Source of the DNA: a virus
Length of the DNA: 64,000 nt
Reading direction: 5' to 3' (one strand)
IMG/VR virus record: IMGVR_UViG_3300023184_000029
Coordinates: 64,001-128,000 of that record
The position numbers and the translations under genes were made by a program. Positions 9,508 to 17,228 of this stretch are shown here, piece after piece; the first letter of the stretch is position 1; each line of letters begins with the position of its first letter. Below the pieces are notes generated by a model. The model was not told where the DNA came from, searched no databases, and saw nothing but the letters and a program-made list of their open reading frames with translations.

Positions 9508-9734
9508 TGATGTTCTAACAATAAAATATTATCTACACTATGATTAACTTTTTTTATTTCTAAACTAATAAAACTATCTGATACATCAGGAAAGGATTTC
9601 TGGAATTTAGTCACTAAATTTTGTACCTGAGAGCATATAAGATCACATGATATTTGTTTATCTAGTCTTATAAAGTATTTTTGACTGACTGTATCCATAA
9701 AATCCAACCCTGAATGATCAGGTAAAACAATCAC
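9495..9734 (-). CDS. Hypothetical protein
   Basis: 79 aa; stop codon falls inside repeat B1. Confidence 0.55.
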   Translation of the reverse strand: MIVLPDHSGLDFMDTVSQKYFIRLDKQISCDLICSQVQNLVTKFQKSFPDVSDSFISLEIKKVNHSVDNILLLEHHSPT

Positions 9735-10057
9735 CTATATCTTACACAAGCATACCATCCACTCCTACCTTTAGCTACTCCTATTTCTACTGGAGTCTTT
9801 TGTCCCCAGTAACAACAGTTTCTAATAGCAGCATCAGAACTTACACTACTAAAACCAACTCCTTCATATCCATTATTTCCACCACAATGCCCCATGCTAT
9901 TTCGGCGGGCCTGAATTTCGGCAACACCTTGAGCAGATGATGTTGATGGTTGATATGAGGAATAGGAGTAATATTTACCCTGACTATAAACTATATTCTG
10001 ACTATAACCAACTGAAGAACAAAAGCATAATGCCACCAATAGTACTAATCTAATCAT
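9731..10057 (-). CDS. Secreted Cys-rich protein, planctomycete-like (CAP-like C-terminal segment)
   Basis: Signal peptide; MGHCGG...YEGVGF...NCCYWG...GVAKG..GWYACVRYR. Confidence 0.7.
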   Translation of the reverse strand: MIRLVLLVALCFCSSVGYSQNIVYSQGKYYSYSSYQPSTSSAQGVAEIQARRNSMGHCGGNNGYEGVGFSSVSSDAAIRNCCYWGQKTPVEIGVAKGRSGWYACVRYR

Positions 10058-10177
10058 AAAAGTTCCTCCTTGAATAAAATAATCCTAGATAAGAAAAGAC
10101 CCCTAATCTTATGAGTTACCGTATTCGCTATTCAGCACGGGTTCATAAAATAGGGGCTATCTTTTCCTTTATATTAA

Positions 10178-10396
10178 TTAACGAACAACGCTACGAACGC
10201 GGGCCACAGTTCTACGACCAAAATTACGAGTAGCCTCAACAGTTCGTCGTGTTACTGTTACTGGAACTGAGATTAGTTCTCTTGTAACATTGACAGTTCG
10301 ACTACGAAGTGTACAATTACCATTAACACAACACTCACCAGCATAAGTTGACGAGCCAAGTAACATAAGAGCAATCACAAATGCAAACTTCATCAT
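10178..10396 (-). CDS. Small secreted protein, planctomycete-like
   Basis: Signal peptide, CC...C, Arg/Val/Thr-rich tail; GGAG RBS. Confidence 0.7.
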   Translation of the reverse strand: MMKFAFVIALMLLGSSTYAGECCVNGNCTLRSRTVNVTRELISVPVTVTRRTVEATRNFGRRTVARVRSVVR

Positions 10397-10507
10397 AAAC
10401 TTTTCTCCTGTTAAAGTATGTCGCGTCCATGCGACCGATTTATGTTCTATAGTAGGAATACAGTTTCAAGGGTCAACTACAAATTTCTTAAGGGGCCTAC
10501 AATCTCG

Positions 10508-10553
10508 CTGACTACAACCAAAAAAACCAAATGCGGCACATTAGCTGAGACTA
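10508..10553. repeat. Dispersed repeat family B, copy 2
   Basis: CTGACTA-N13-CAAATG-CGGCA-CATTAG-CTGA-GAC (compensatory AATG/CATT). Confidence 0.65.
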
Positions 10554-10711
10554 ATGCCCGGATCGGTTATACTAATTATAGTTGATTGTTAATTATGGAT
10601 TAAAGTTTTGAGTAGGATAAAAATATCGGTATCCAAACCATGTTACCAAACTTAACAATATGAAAACACCAACATACCAATACTCTAATGGTAGCGTAGT
10701 CATAAATCACC

Positions 10712-10963
10712 TCAATTCTTAATTGTAAAAGTTTCTGTGTCTGCTCTATCGGTTTTACTAATTTTATTTCTACGAACAATTTTAGTAATACGTCCACGAC
10801 GATCATCATGAGATGATTCTAAGAAACATTTATCCTCATGATTATCATGGAATCCTTTAAAATTCCAGTTATAGTTTAATAGAATCTCTTCAGCAGATGT
10901 AGAGTGATCATAAATTTCACCCTCTACTTCAAAAGAAATTATTCTTCTAAAAGTTCTAGGCAT
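10712..10963 (-). CDS. Hypothetical protein
   Basis: 83 aa; GAGG RBS. Confidence 0.65.
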   Translation of the reverse strand: MPRTFRRIISFEVEGEIYDHSTSAEEILLNYNWNFKGFHDNHEDKCFLESSHDDRRGRITKIVRRNKISKTDRADTETFTIKN

Positions 10964-11252
10964 GATGTAGTTCCTCCTGTGTTGAAGGATCGTCTAGATG
11001 ATAATCCTTGTCTTTCCTTTTGGTTAAGGTAGCTGGCTTATCATAATCTTGCCAATTATCTATTAGAATCTCAGGAGTTTCCTTTCTTATTTCACACTCC
11101 AAAGAATAGTTTCCAGACTTATCCTTTTCTTTACTTAGATAATCTCGTAAAGAGTCTTTAATCTGCATGAAATCCATTTCACCAAGTATCTGATCAATAT
11201 ACTTTCTTTGAATTTCCTTACGATTAACCTCACTAATATATCTAGCACGCAT
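10956..11252 (-). CDS. Hypothetical protein
   Basis: 98 aa; GAGGTG RBS. Confidence 0.7.
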   Translation of the reverse strand: MRARYISEVNRKEIQRKYIDQILGEMDFMQIKDSLRDYLSKEKDKSGNYSLECEIRKETPEILIDNWQDYDKPATLTKRKDKDYHLDDPSTQEELHHA

Positions 11253-11465
11253 AAATCACCTCATGGTTAAAGTTAAAAACACTTTTGCCCATGATTCCAA
11301 TTGTTCTTCGTCTTTGCTCACAAGACGTTTAACATTTGGCTCCGTTGACTAGATCATTATACCAGATGGTGAGATAGCAAACAAATCAATATCTTAACAA
11401 TTTTTTAAAGAGACCTCATCAATTGTCCGACTACGGATATATCGATAATACAAAAATTTGGTTGC

Positions 11466-11493
11466 TTGACAAAACACAGAAATAGAATATAAT
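11466..11493 (+). promoter_or_regulatory. Sigma70-type promoter, antisense to surrounding genes
   Basis: TTGACA-16-TATAAT. Confidence 0.6.
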
Positions 11494-11686
11494 TATGCAG
11501 CGGGTGGAAGTTATACTATATACTAAGAGTACTAGTTAGATACTTTATCTGGTCTATCTATGTTGGACCTATAGACTCTTAGCTTCTATAATAACTACTT
11601 ATCAACCACGCAAACCACTAATACAACCAAGAGCAATACTAAAACAGATAGCGATTGAAAAGAAAATAAAATCCTCCGTTCATTGG

Positions 11687-11715
11687 TTGACAAAAGAAAA
11701 CTTGGAAGTTAGAAT
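11687..11715 (+). promoter_or_regulatory. Sigma70-type promoter, antisense to surrounding genes
   Basis: TTGACA-17-TAGAAT. Confidence 0.55.
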
Positions 11716-11784
11716 AAAACCAACCTCCCACTCTACCAGTATACCATACCTATCGGTCGCCACAACCCCTTGAGTTTAAAGGAT

Positions 11785-12219
11785 TTAGATCAGATGGCCG
11801 GAATCACTAAGAGTTTTAATAGTAGTCCCCAGGCCCGGCACCAAGCTTACCAGAAAGGATTCCATGGACGATACCCAAAGATAATGATCATGTTCCCAGT
11901 TCAATGATACATTGTTACTATTTACATGTGCTATCCATACAGTTTTAGAATATCCACTAGAGTAGTTAATAGTAATAGTCTTAAGATTTTCAATAGGATA
12001 ACTTATTCCAGTTTCTTCATTTAATTCTCTAATAGCAGCAGAGGTATTAGTTTCATTAGGTTCAACATGACCACCAGGCAAACAATATCGGCCGGGCATC
12101 CATGGAGCAGATTCTCCACGACGTAAAATTAATAACTTTTTATATGAGTCTATAACTGCCACAGTTGAGGTTTTTTGATTTTTACTCATGAACAATTTTC
12201 TCGAGTTTTTTAGTAACAC
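11785..12219 (-). CDS. NUDIX hydrolase
   Basis: Nudix box GGHVEPNETNTSAAIRELNEETG. Confidence 0.92.
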   Translation of the reverse strand: MLLKNSRKLFMSKNQKTSTVAVIDSYKKLLILRRGESAPWMPGRYCLPGGHVEPNETNTSAAIRELNEETGISYPIENLKTITINYSSGYSKTVWIAHVNSNNVSLNWEHDHYLWVSSMESFLVSLVPGLGTTIKTLSDSGHLI

Positions 12220-12400
12220 TATCTAAAAGTTTAGTAACAGGTTTAGCAACAGTATAATCACTAACATAGTTCTTTATAGCGTCTAATAGTTTCCATGCCT
12301 CTTGTTTACTTATATCTATTTGCATAATTAACCTCGTAATCAGGAACCATAAAAGACCCATCCCTAGGACAATTTTTAGTACCTTGTTCACCATATTCAA
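12182..12400 (-). CDS. Hypothetical protein (true start probably MQIDIS)
   Basis: 72 aa ORF. Confidence 0.45.
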   Translation of the reverse strand: MNMVNKVLKIVLGMGLLWFLITRLIMQIDISKQEAWKLLDAIKNYVSDYTVAKPVTKLLDSVTKKLEKIVHE

Positions 12401-12539
12401 AAATAAGATTACAGGTATTACATTTATACCTATAGTTTCTGCTTACAACAAGGGAAATTAGCAACATTATAATGCACAGTATTTTATTCATACTAAACCC
12501 CAAATTGACATTTAGGACACTTTTTCCAGTTACCACCAC
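12306..12539 (-). CDS. Small protein with CxxC...CP Zn-ribbon
   Basis: YKCNTCNLIF...CPRDG. Confidence 0.5.
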   Translation of the reverse strand: MVVTGKSVLNVNLGFSMNKILCIIMLLISLVVSRNYRYKCNTCNLIFEYGEQGTKNCPRDGSFMVPDYEVNYANRYK

Positions 12540-12569
12540 AAATTTTACAAATTCCCCTACTATACTTAC

Positions 12570-12773
12570 TCATACCAGTTCTCCAATTCTTTCGTGATAA
12601 TTCCCACCCAACTCCTTATTAATTTCTTTAACATAAAGATTAGCCACACTTAAATAATCACTTCCCTCATTAAGATACCTCATAGTACCAGTCTCCATAT
12701 ACCATTGTATCCTAGCTTTGGCACAATCTATACAATAGTTCATGCTTTTAATCAGATCATCTTTTCTAGACAT
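12570..12773 (-). CDS. Hypothetical protein
   Basis: 67 aa; GGAG RBS. Confidence 0.65.
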   Translation of the reverse strand: MSRKDDLIKSMNYCIDCAKARIQWYMETGTMRYLNEGSDYLSVANLYVKEINKELGGNYHERIGELV

Positions 12774-12815
12774 ATTTTATTTTCTCCTGCATAATTAATA
12801 GACCAAGAATTCGTG

Positions 12816-12860
12816 CTGACTATCGCCAAGACCGCAAATCCGTAAGATAAGCTGAGACAA
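12816..12860. repeat. Dispersed repeat family B, copy 3
   Basis: CTGACTA-N12-CAAATC-CGTAA-GATAAG-CTGA-GAC. Confidence 0.7.
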
Positions 12861-13085
12861 AACAAAGTGGCCCCATATAAAGCCAGACTATACTTAAGCT
12901 TATCAAAATGGTAAAGATTATAACTATCTAACAATAATTTAATATTGAGACTTTATCTCAAAACTATCATTAGAATAACTCATACTCTCCCATACCACCA
13001 GTATACCATACGAGAGGACTCGTCGCAACTTGTTTAGTATCATAGACTTAGAATCATCAAAGAATCTAATGATCCTATATTTTGG

Positions 13086-13131
13086 CTGACTATCAACAAG
13101 ACCAGCAAATCCGGTGGATTAGATAAGACAA
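13086..13131. repeat. Dispersed repeat family B, copy 4
   Basis: CTGACTA-N13-CAAATC-CGGTG-GATTAG-N4-GAC. Confidence 0.7.
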
Positions 13132-13256
13132 TCATAATATGATTTTATACAATCTATTTTTATAATCTTACCCTAACTTCTTTCATACCAACACCTTACG
13201 TCTACTCCCCCCTAGAGTATATCGGAATTTGCCGTGCTTGTCTACAGTTTTTTTGA

Positions 13257-13338
13257 CGTAAGTCCTTATGAATACTAAAGTTACGACAAAATTTTGCGGC
13301 CCGGCTCGTCGTAAGTCGTTATGTTGCAAGTACTTACG
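13257..13338. repeat. Repeat family A (53 bp-phased double palindrome), copy 1
   Basis: TAAGT at 13259 and 13312. Confidence 0.85.
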
Positions 13339-13363
13339 TCTAGTGAACCGTTTCGCAGCAATC

Positions 13364-13403
13364 AAAAGAGAAGGCCGCAGCCAGTTTCCCAGCTACGGCC
13401 CTC
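13364..13403 (-). terminator. Intrinsic terminator after the DUF932 gene
   Basis: GAGGGCCGTAGC/GCTGCGGCCTTC stem followed by TCTTTT on the minus strand. Confidence 0.75.
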
Positions 13404-13429
13404 CCCCTTTTCATCGTGACACGAAAAGA

Positions 13430-14377
13430 TCAGACGGCGTTCGCAAACTCCACTGCGGTATTGAGTGCTTTGACGTTATCAACCCCATTCTGTCCGAACC
13501 AGAGTGAGTCGAGGCGATTGCTCACCGTGCGACCCTTGCTATAGTTCAGATACTCATTGAAGCCATTATAGGCAGCCCACCATGTTCCACGAACATTCGT
13601 AGCACTCTGCTTCGGGCCTTCCACAAGCGTCAAGATTTCATCCATAATATTACGGGTACGAGTCTTGATATCTTCGTCCGGGGTCTTATCAATCCCCAGC
13701 AGAATCTTGACATACTTACGAATATCGTTCTGATTGAAATCCTTAGAGGCGAGGAACCTATACTGTTCCGCAGTCGCCTCGAACTGCACGTTGATATTAT
13801 CCATGATGTCTCGCACGTTATCCAGATTTGTTTTGCTGGAGCGTGTGTGACGAATCCGAATCAACTGGCTGTCCTTGTTGGAGTGGGCAGCAGCGAGAGT
13901 ATTCACGCAGACCACGCGGATCGGAGTATATCCGACGCGGATCGACGTTGTACCGTCGTGGCTGTTACTCAGCAGGATAAACTTGCTCACCTCATCGCCG
14001 GGAACAATTTCGCTGTTCGCACGATTGAGTTGAGCCAACACCCAAACCTTCTCGCCCTCACTGAGCGAACCGGCGGTGTGCAGTTGGCACTCGCCAGCGT
14101 CCAGAAACGGCTGGAACCAATCAAAAGCATCTTGATTCTGGAGAGGGGTATAACGCGGACCCACAACTCCCAGCACCCTATTATCGGTCTTACGGAAAGT
14201 CGCCTTGGCGTTGACTTCCTCGCCTTCCGACGTAAACAACGGCTTCGTACCAACTTCCCAATCCAGACCAGCAGCGGTAATCGCCTCAGAAATAGAGGGA
14301 TTCTCATCGAGCTGCGTACCCTCACCATGCCAAGGGGTAGCACCAACAAACATCATCTTTTCGACCATAGCAGGCAT
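13430..14377 (-). CDS. DUF932 / TIGR03299-like phage-plasmid protein
   Basis: Likely start MPAMVEKMMFVGATPWHG; AGSL..GEKVW.LA, LLSNSHDG, TPIRVVCVNTL, IRHT and T.WAAYN motifs. Confidence 0.88.
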   Translation of the reverse strand: MPAMVEKMMFVGATPWHGEGTQLDENPSISEAITAAGLDWEVGTKPLFTSEGEEVNAKATFRKTDNRVLGVVGPRYTPLQNQDAFDWFQPFLDAGECQLHTAGSLSEGEKVWVLAQLNRANSEIVPGDEVSKFILLSNSHDGTTSIRVGYTPIRVVCVNTLAAAHSNKDSQLIRIRHTRSSKTNLDNVRDIMDNINVQFEATAEQYRFLASKDFNQNDIRKYVKILLGIDKTPDEDIKTRTRNIMDEILTLVEGPKQSATNVRGTWWAAYNGFNEYLNYSKGRTVSNRLDSLWFGQNGVDNVKALNTAVEFANAV

Positions 14378-14477
14378 AATCAACCCTTTCGTGTTACTGA
14401 TTCTTCGTTCCGATACGCTGATTCTACCATCTATTATCGGCAGTGTCAAGGGGCAAACTTGCGGAAAAATTTCGTGA

Positions 14478-14559
14478 CGCAAGTCGTTGGTATATAAGCA
14501 CTTACGTCGGGCGGGGCCGCCCCGGCTCGTCCTAAGTCTTTTGGTGGCTTAGGTTTAGG
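14478..14559. repeat. Repeat family A, copy 2
   Basis: Half-sites at 14480 and 14533. Confidence 0.85.
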
Positions 14560-15041
14560 AGCGGAGCCTTTAGATCACGCACACACCATTTAGATCCTTC
14601 TTCATCCGGCCTATATGAACATTCATCTGGAAGATAGCAATAAATACCCTTGCAAATTGCTCTTGGATATTCATCACTAATAGTATTTTTAATTCTTCTT
14701 ATCGTTTCTCCAGAGCAAATAAGATCATCAATAACCACATATTGAAAAGGAGCAACGCCCTCAGTTCTAAATTCACTGTAGCATTTTTCATCTTTGCGAA
14801 TAATTAAAATGTGTTTATCAAGCAATTCAGCAATTTGTGGAACAACCATCAAACCACTAATACCGCAGCAAGCAATAGTGTCAAACTGATTTTTAATTTT
14901 TCTAAGATCACAAACAGCCTTTATAATTATCTTATTACGCTCTTTATGATTTAGCACACGGCAAGTGTGGCTAGCACCTTGAATAACTTTACCGTCTGGA
15001 GTACGACGAAAATCATCGGGCTTTTGGCTCAAAACATTCAT
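14532..15041 (-). CDS. Type I phosphoribosyltransferase-like protein
   Basis: IACCGISG...YVVIDDLICSGETI PRPP loop; ATG 15041 preferred because 15047-15125 is a tRNA-like element. Confidence 0.75.
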   Translation of the reverse strand: MNVLSQKPDDFRRTPDGKVIQGASHTCRVLNHKERNKIIIKAVCDLRKIKNQFDTIACCGISGLMVVPQIAELLDKHILIIRKDEKCYSEFRTEGVAPFQYVVIDDLICSGETIRRIKNTISDEYPRAICKGIYCYLPDECSYRPDEEGSKWCVRDLKAPLLNLSHQKT

Positions 15042-15046
15042 ATAAG

Positions 15047-15125
15047 TGTGGATGGCTGGATTCGAACCAGCTTTCAAGAAAGAAAGGATAAAGAAAAGAG
15101 TCTAGTCCCACCTAGAAGCATCCAC
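15047..15125 (-). ncRNA. tRNA-like RNA lacking an anticodon arm (29 nt polypyrimidine loop instead)
   Basis: Acceptor GTGGATG/CATCCAC (7/7) plus discriminator A; D-like TCTAG-GTGGGA-CTAGA; T-arm GCTGG-TTCGAAT-CCAGC; loop CTCTTTTCTTTATCCTTTCTTTCTTGAAA. Confidence 0.75.
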
Positions 15126-15130
15126 AAAAA

Positions 15131-15301
15131 TCAGCAATCATCTTCCGTTATATCAGGATAGTAATTCTTTCCATAAGAAGGAACCTCATCATCTTTTTCT
15201 TCATCCATCCAAGGTTCTTCATCTAGACCAAGATCATCGGCATTTTCTACCAATTCATCATAGTCATAATCATACTTTTCGTAATCATCACTATAACGCA
15301 T
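15131..15301 (-). CDS. Very acidic small protein
   Basis: MRYSDDYEKYDYDYDELVENADDLGLDEEPW...; own promoter at 15326-15354. Confidence 0.65.
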   Translation of the reverse strand: MRYSDDYEKYDYDYDELVENADDLGLDEEPWMDEEKDDEVPSYGKNYYPDITEDDC

Positions 15302-15355
15302 AATCAACCTTCCTTTCTTTCCAACATTATACACCAACCAAACATACTTGTCAAG

Positions 15356-15428
15356 TGGGGGCGGTGGGACTCAAACCCACGATAAACGGTTTAAAAGACC
15401 GCTACTTTAGTCGCTAAGTTACACCCCC
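15356..15428 (-). tRNA. tRNA-Lys(TTT)
   Basis: Cloverleaf; anticodon arm GCGGT-CTTTTAA-ACCGT; T-arm GTGGG-TTTGAGT-CCCAC; no encoded CCA. Confidence 0.9.
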
Positions 15429-15468
15429 AAGGGTTTTCTAGTATACCATTCTTTTTTTATTTGTCAAG

Positions 15469-15540
15469 TGACCCCACGGAGAATCGAACTCCGATCTACA
15501 GCGTGAAAGGCTGTCGTCCTAGCCGTTAGACTATGGGGCC
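15469..15540 (-). tRNA. tRNA-Glu(TTC)
   Basis: ACAGC-CTTTCAC-GCTGT; T-arm CGGAG-TTCGATT-CTCCG. Confidence 0.93.
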
Positions 15541-15580
15541 AGCCATCGCAACTCAAACGTCAGCCTCCGAAGCTTAAAAG

Positions 15581-15656
15581 TAGGGCGTGTACGAGTCGAA
15601 CGTACCTATGATCACCTTATAAGAGTGACGGATGCAACCGGCTTACCTTACGCCCC
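15581..15656 (-). tRNA. tRNA-Ile(TAT)
   Basis: TCACT-CTTATAA-GGTGA; T-arm GTACG-TTCGACT-CGTAC; A73. Confidence 0.85.
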
Positions 15657-15713
15657 GTGTCTTTCAATCATACTCTACTTATCGGCAAGAGTCAAGTCTT
15701 GTCTTTAGAAAAT

Positions 15714-15795
15714 CCTAAGTCGTTATCTGATAAGCACTTACGTCAAAAACGGCCCGCCGAATTTTTCCTAAGTCTTTTATTTTCAAATAGTTATA
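15714..15795. repeat. Repeat family A, copy 3
   Basis: TAAGT at 15716 and 15769; abuts the 3' end of tRNA-Ser. Confidence 0.85.
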
Positions 15796-15796
15796 A

Positions 15797-15883
15797 CGGA
15801 ATCTGAGGGATTCGAACCCCCGGAGGATTTTAACCCTCGGCGGTTTAGTAAACCGCTGCCTTAAACCACTCGGCCAAGATTCC
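15797..15883 (-). tRNA. tRNA-Ser(ACT), class II
   Basis: GCGGT-TTACTAA-ACCGC; long variable arm; G73; T-arm GGGGG-TTCGAAT-CCCTC. Confidence 0.85.
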
Positions 15884-15885
15884 AA

Positions 15886-15957
15886 CTCTGTGAGTAGGAC
15901 TCGAACCTACAACCGGGCGGTTAACAGCCGCCAGCTCTACCATTGAGCTATCACAGA
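15886..15957 (-). tRNA. tRNA-Asn(GTT)
   Basis: GGCGG-CTGTTAA-CCGCC; canonical D and T arms. Confidence 0.95.
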
Positions 15958-16031
15958 CCATCTTGCTTTCGAACCCGTTTGGTGTATTATACTTTAGGGT
16001 TCGATCAATTATTATAGCTGGATATCTTATA

Positions 16032-16529
16032 ATGTCAATACCAGAATTTAAAATTTGCCCAAAGTGCAAAGAAAAAAAACACAAAACCGAATATCATACA
16101 AGAAAAGACAAAGGATATACTTATCTAAAAAGCTATTGTAAACAATGTTCATCATATACCAAAACTAGAGCAGAAATACTAAAACAACAATATAACTTAT
16201 GTTCTTGTGGTAATATAAAGTCTAAAAAGGGTAAAACTTGTAAATATTGTAGTCGTATAGATCATACAGAACTATTAATAGAAAATTGCAAACACCCTAG
16301 ACGTATTGTTAAAAGAACAATAATTAGAGACAAACTTATAGATCATAAGTGTTCAGAATGTGGAATAACTAATGAATGGAATAATAAGCCTATTGTCTTA
16401 CAACTCGATCATATTAATGGTATAAATAATGATAATAGATTATCTAATTTAAGATTTTTATGCCCTAATTGCCATTCACAGACCGAAACATTTTGTGGTA
16501 GTAATATTAAAAATAAAATGCCCAGGTAG
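16032..16529 (+). CDS. HNH homing endonuclease (antisense, inside the tRNA cluster)
   Basis: CPKC Zn motifs; LQLDHINGINNDNRLSNLRFLCPNCH; stop codon lies inside the tRNA-Gln gene. Confidence 0.9.
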   Translation: MSIPEFKICPKCKEKKHKTEYHTRKDKGYTYLKSYCKQCSSYTKTRAEILKQQYNLCSCGNIKSKKGKTCKYCSRIDHTELLIENCKHPRRIVKRTIIRDKLIDHKCSECGITNEWNNKPIVLQLDHINGINNDNRLSNLRFLCPNCHSQTETFCGSNIKNKMPR

Positions 16530-16590
16530 GACTCAAACCTACAACCCGCTGATCCAAAGTCAGCTGCTCTATCAATTAAGCTACTGGGCA
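16518..16590 (-). tRNA. tRNA-Gln(TTG)
   Basis: GCTGA-CTTTGGA-TCAGC; acceptor TGCCCAG/CTGGGCA. Confidence 0.9.
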
Positions 16591-16591
16591 G

Positions 16592-16664
16592 AGCCGATGG
16601 CCGGGAACGATCCGGCGACAGGCAGTTTACAAAACTGCTACTCTACCAACTGAGTTACATCGGC
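16592..16664 (-). tRNA. tRNA-Thr(TGT), atypical T-loop
   Basis: GCAGT-TTTGTAA-ACTGC; T-loop ATCGTTC. Confidence 0.88.
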
Positions 16665-16680
16665 AATCTACCTATTATAA

Positions 16681-16887
16681 TCAATAGTGATAATCCTCGC
16701 AAGCCCGACGCTTTTCAGCGGATCGGGTTCGCAACCGCTTGGGGCGATTGTCCATAACGGTATCCCGATGTTCCTTGTGTCCCGTTGACAACTCCCAAGG
16801 CTTCTTGACCTTGACCTTGATTTTGTTGTGGTTGCGTCGTGGGCGAATATCGTCGTTGAGGTGGTGCATAGTCATGCCATATTCCAT
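16681..16887 (-). CDS. Small basic hypothetical protein
   Basis: KVKVKKPWELSTGHKEHRD...; GC-richer than upstream DNA. Confidence 0.55.
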   Translation of the reverse strand: MEYGMTMHHLNDDIRPRRNHNKIKVKVKKPWELSTGHKEHRDTVMDNRPKRLRTRSAEKRRACEDYHY

Positions 16888-17098
16888 TGTCGTGTAAATA
16901 AAAAACTTTGTCTATGTTAGGATCATAAGCCATTAGACAGTATTGTATAGGATACACAATCTTTTGTCTAGATGGTATTTTTGGAATTTTTAAATCACCT
17001 TTTTGGTAATCTTTAACGCCAGTATAGGCCAAACCTAACAGAGCAATCAATACCCCAATCCATTGGATCACGCTGTCCCATCCTTTCCGTTTAATCAT
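16715..17098 (-). CDS. Putative membrane protein (3' part overlaps 16681-16887 in another frame)
   Basis: N-terminal TM segment VIQWIGVLIALLGLAYTGV. Confidence 0.45.
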   Translation of the reverse strand: MIKRKGWDSVIQWIGVLIALLGLAYTGVKDYQKGDLKIPKIPSRQKIVYPIQYCLMAYDPNIDKVFYLHDNGIWHDYAPPQRRYSPTTQPQQNQGQGQEALGVVNGTQGTSGYRYGQSPQAVANPIR

Positions 17099-17139
17099 AT
17101 CATAGTTATCGGCACTTGTCAACCTTTTCTTTAAAAAAT

Positions 17140-17221
17140 CCTAAGTGGTTGAGGCCATTGCACTTACGTCAAATTTGGCCGGCCCCGCTCGCCCTAAGTG
17201 CTTATGCAGTAAGGGTTTGCG
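17140..17221. repeat. Repeat family A, copy 4
   Basis: TAAGT at 17142 and 17195. Confidence 0.85.
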
Positions 17222-17228
17222 GTTAGTT

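Noticed and set aside
13847-14497. Long opposite-strand or alternate-frame ORFs over DUF932, Gp88, Gly-rich and TMP genes (e.g. 13847+, 18461+, 25906+, 37376-, 50477-, 63427-)
   Set aside because: Shadow ORFs of real genes, with no RBS or recognisable motifs.
15042-15077. Track start of the PRTase ORF at 15077
   Set aside because: It lies within the T-arm/acceptor of the tRNA-like element; ATG 15041 is preferred.
15429-15580. Theta (HDV-like) ribozymes at tRNA 3' ends
   Set aside because: Spacers are short, contain promoters or simple sequence, and show no nested double pseudoknot by eye.
15797-15883. Amber suppressor tRNA (CTA) and TAG recoding
   Set aside because: The canonical 5 bp stem and 7 nt loop give ACT. 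Long genes are uninterrupted under the standard code, and TAG is used as a stop (e.g. 16529, 24980).
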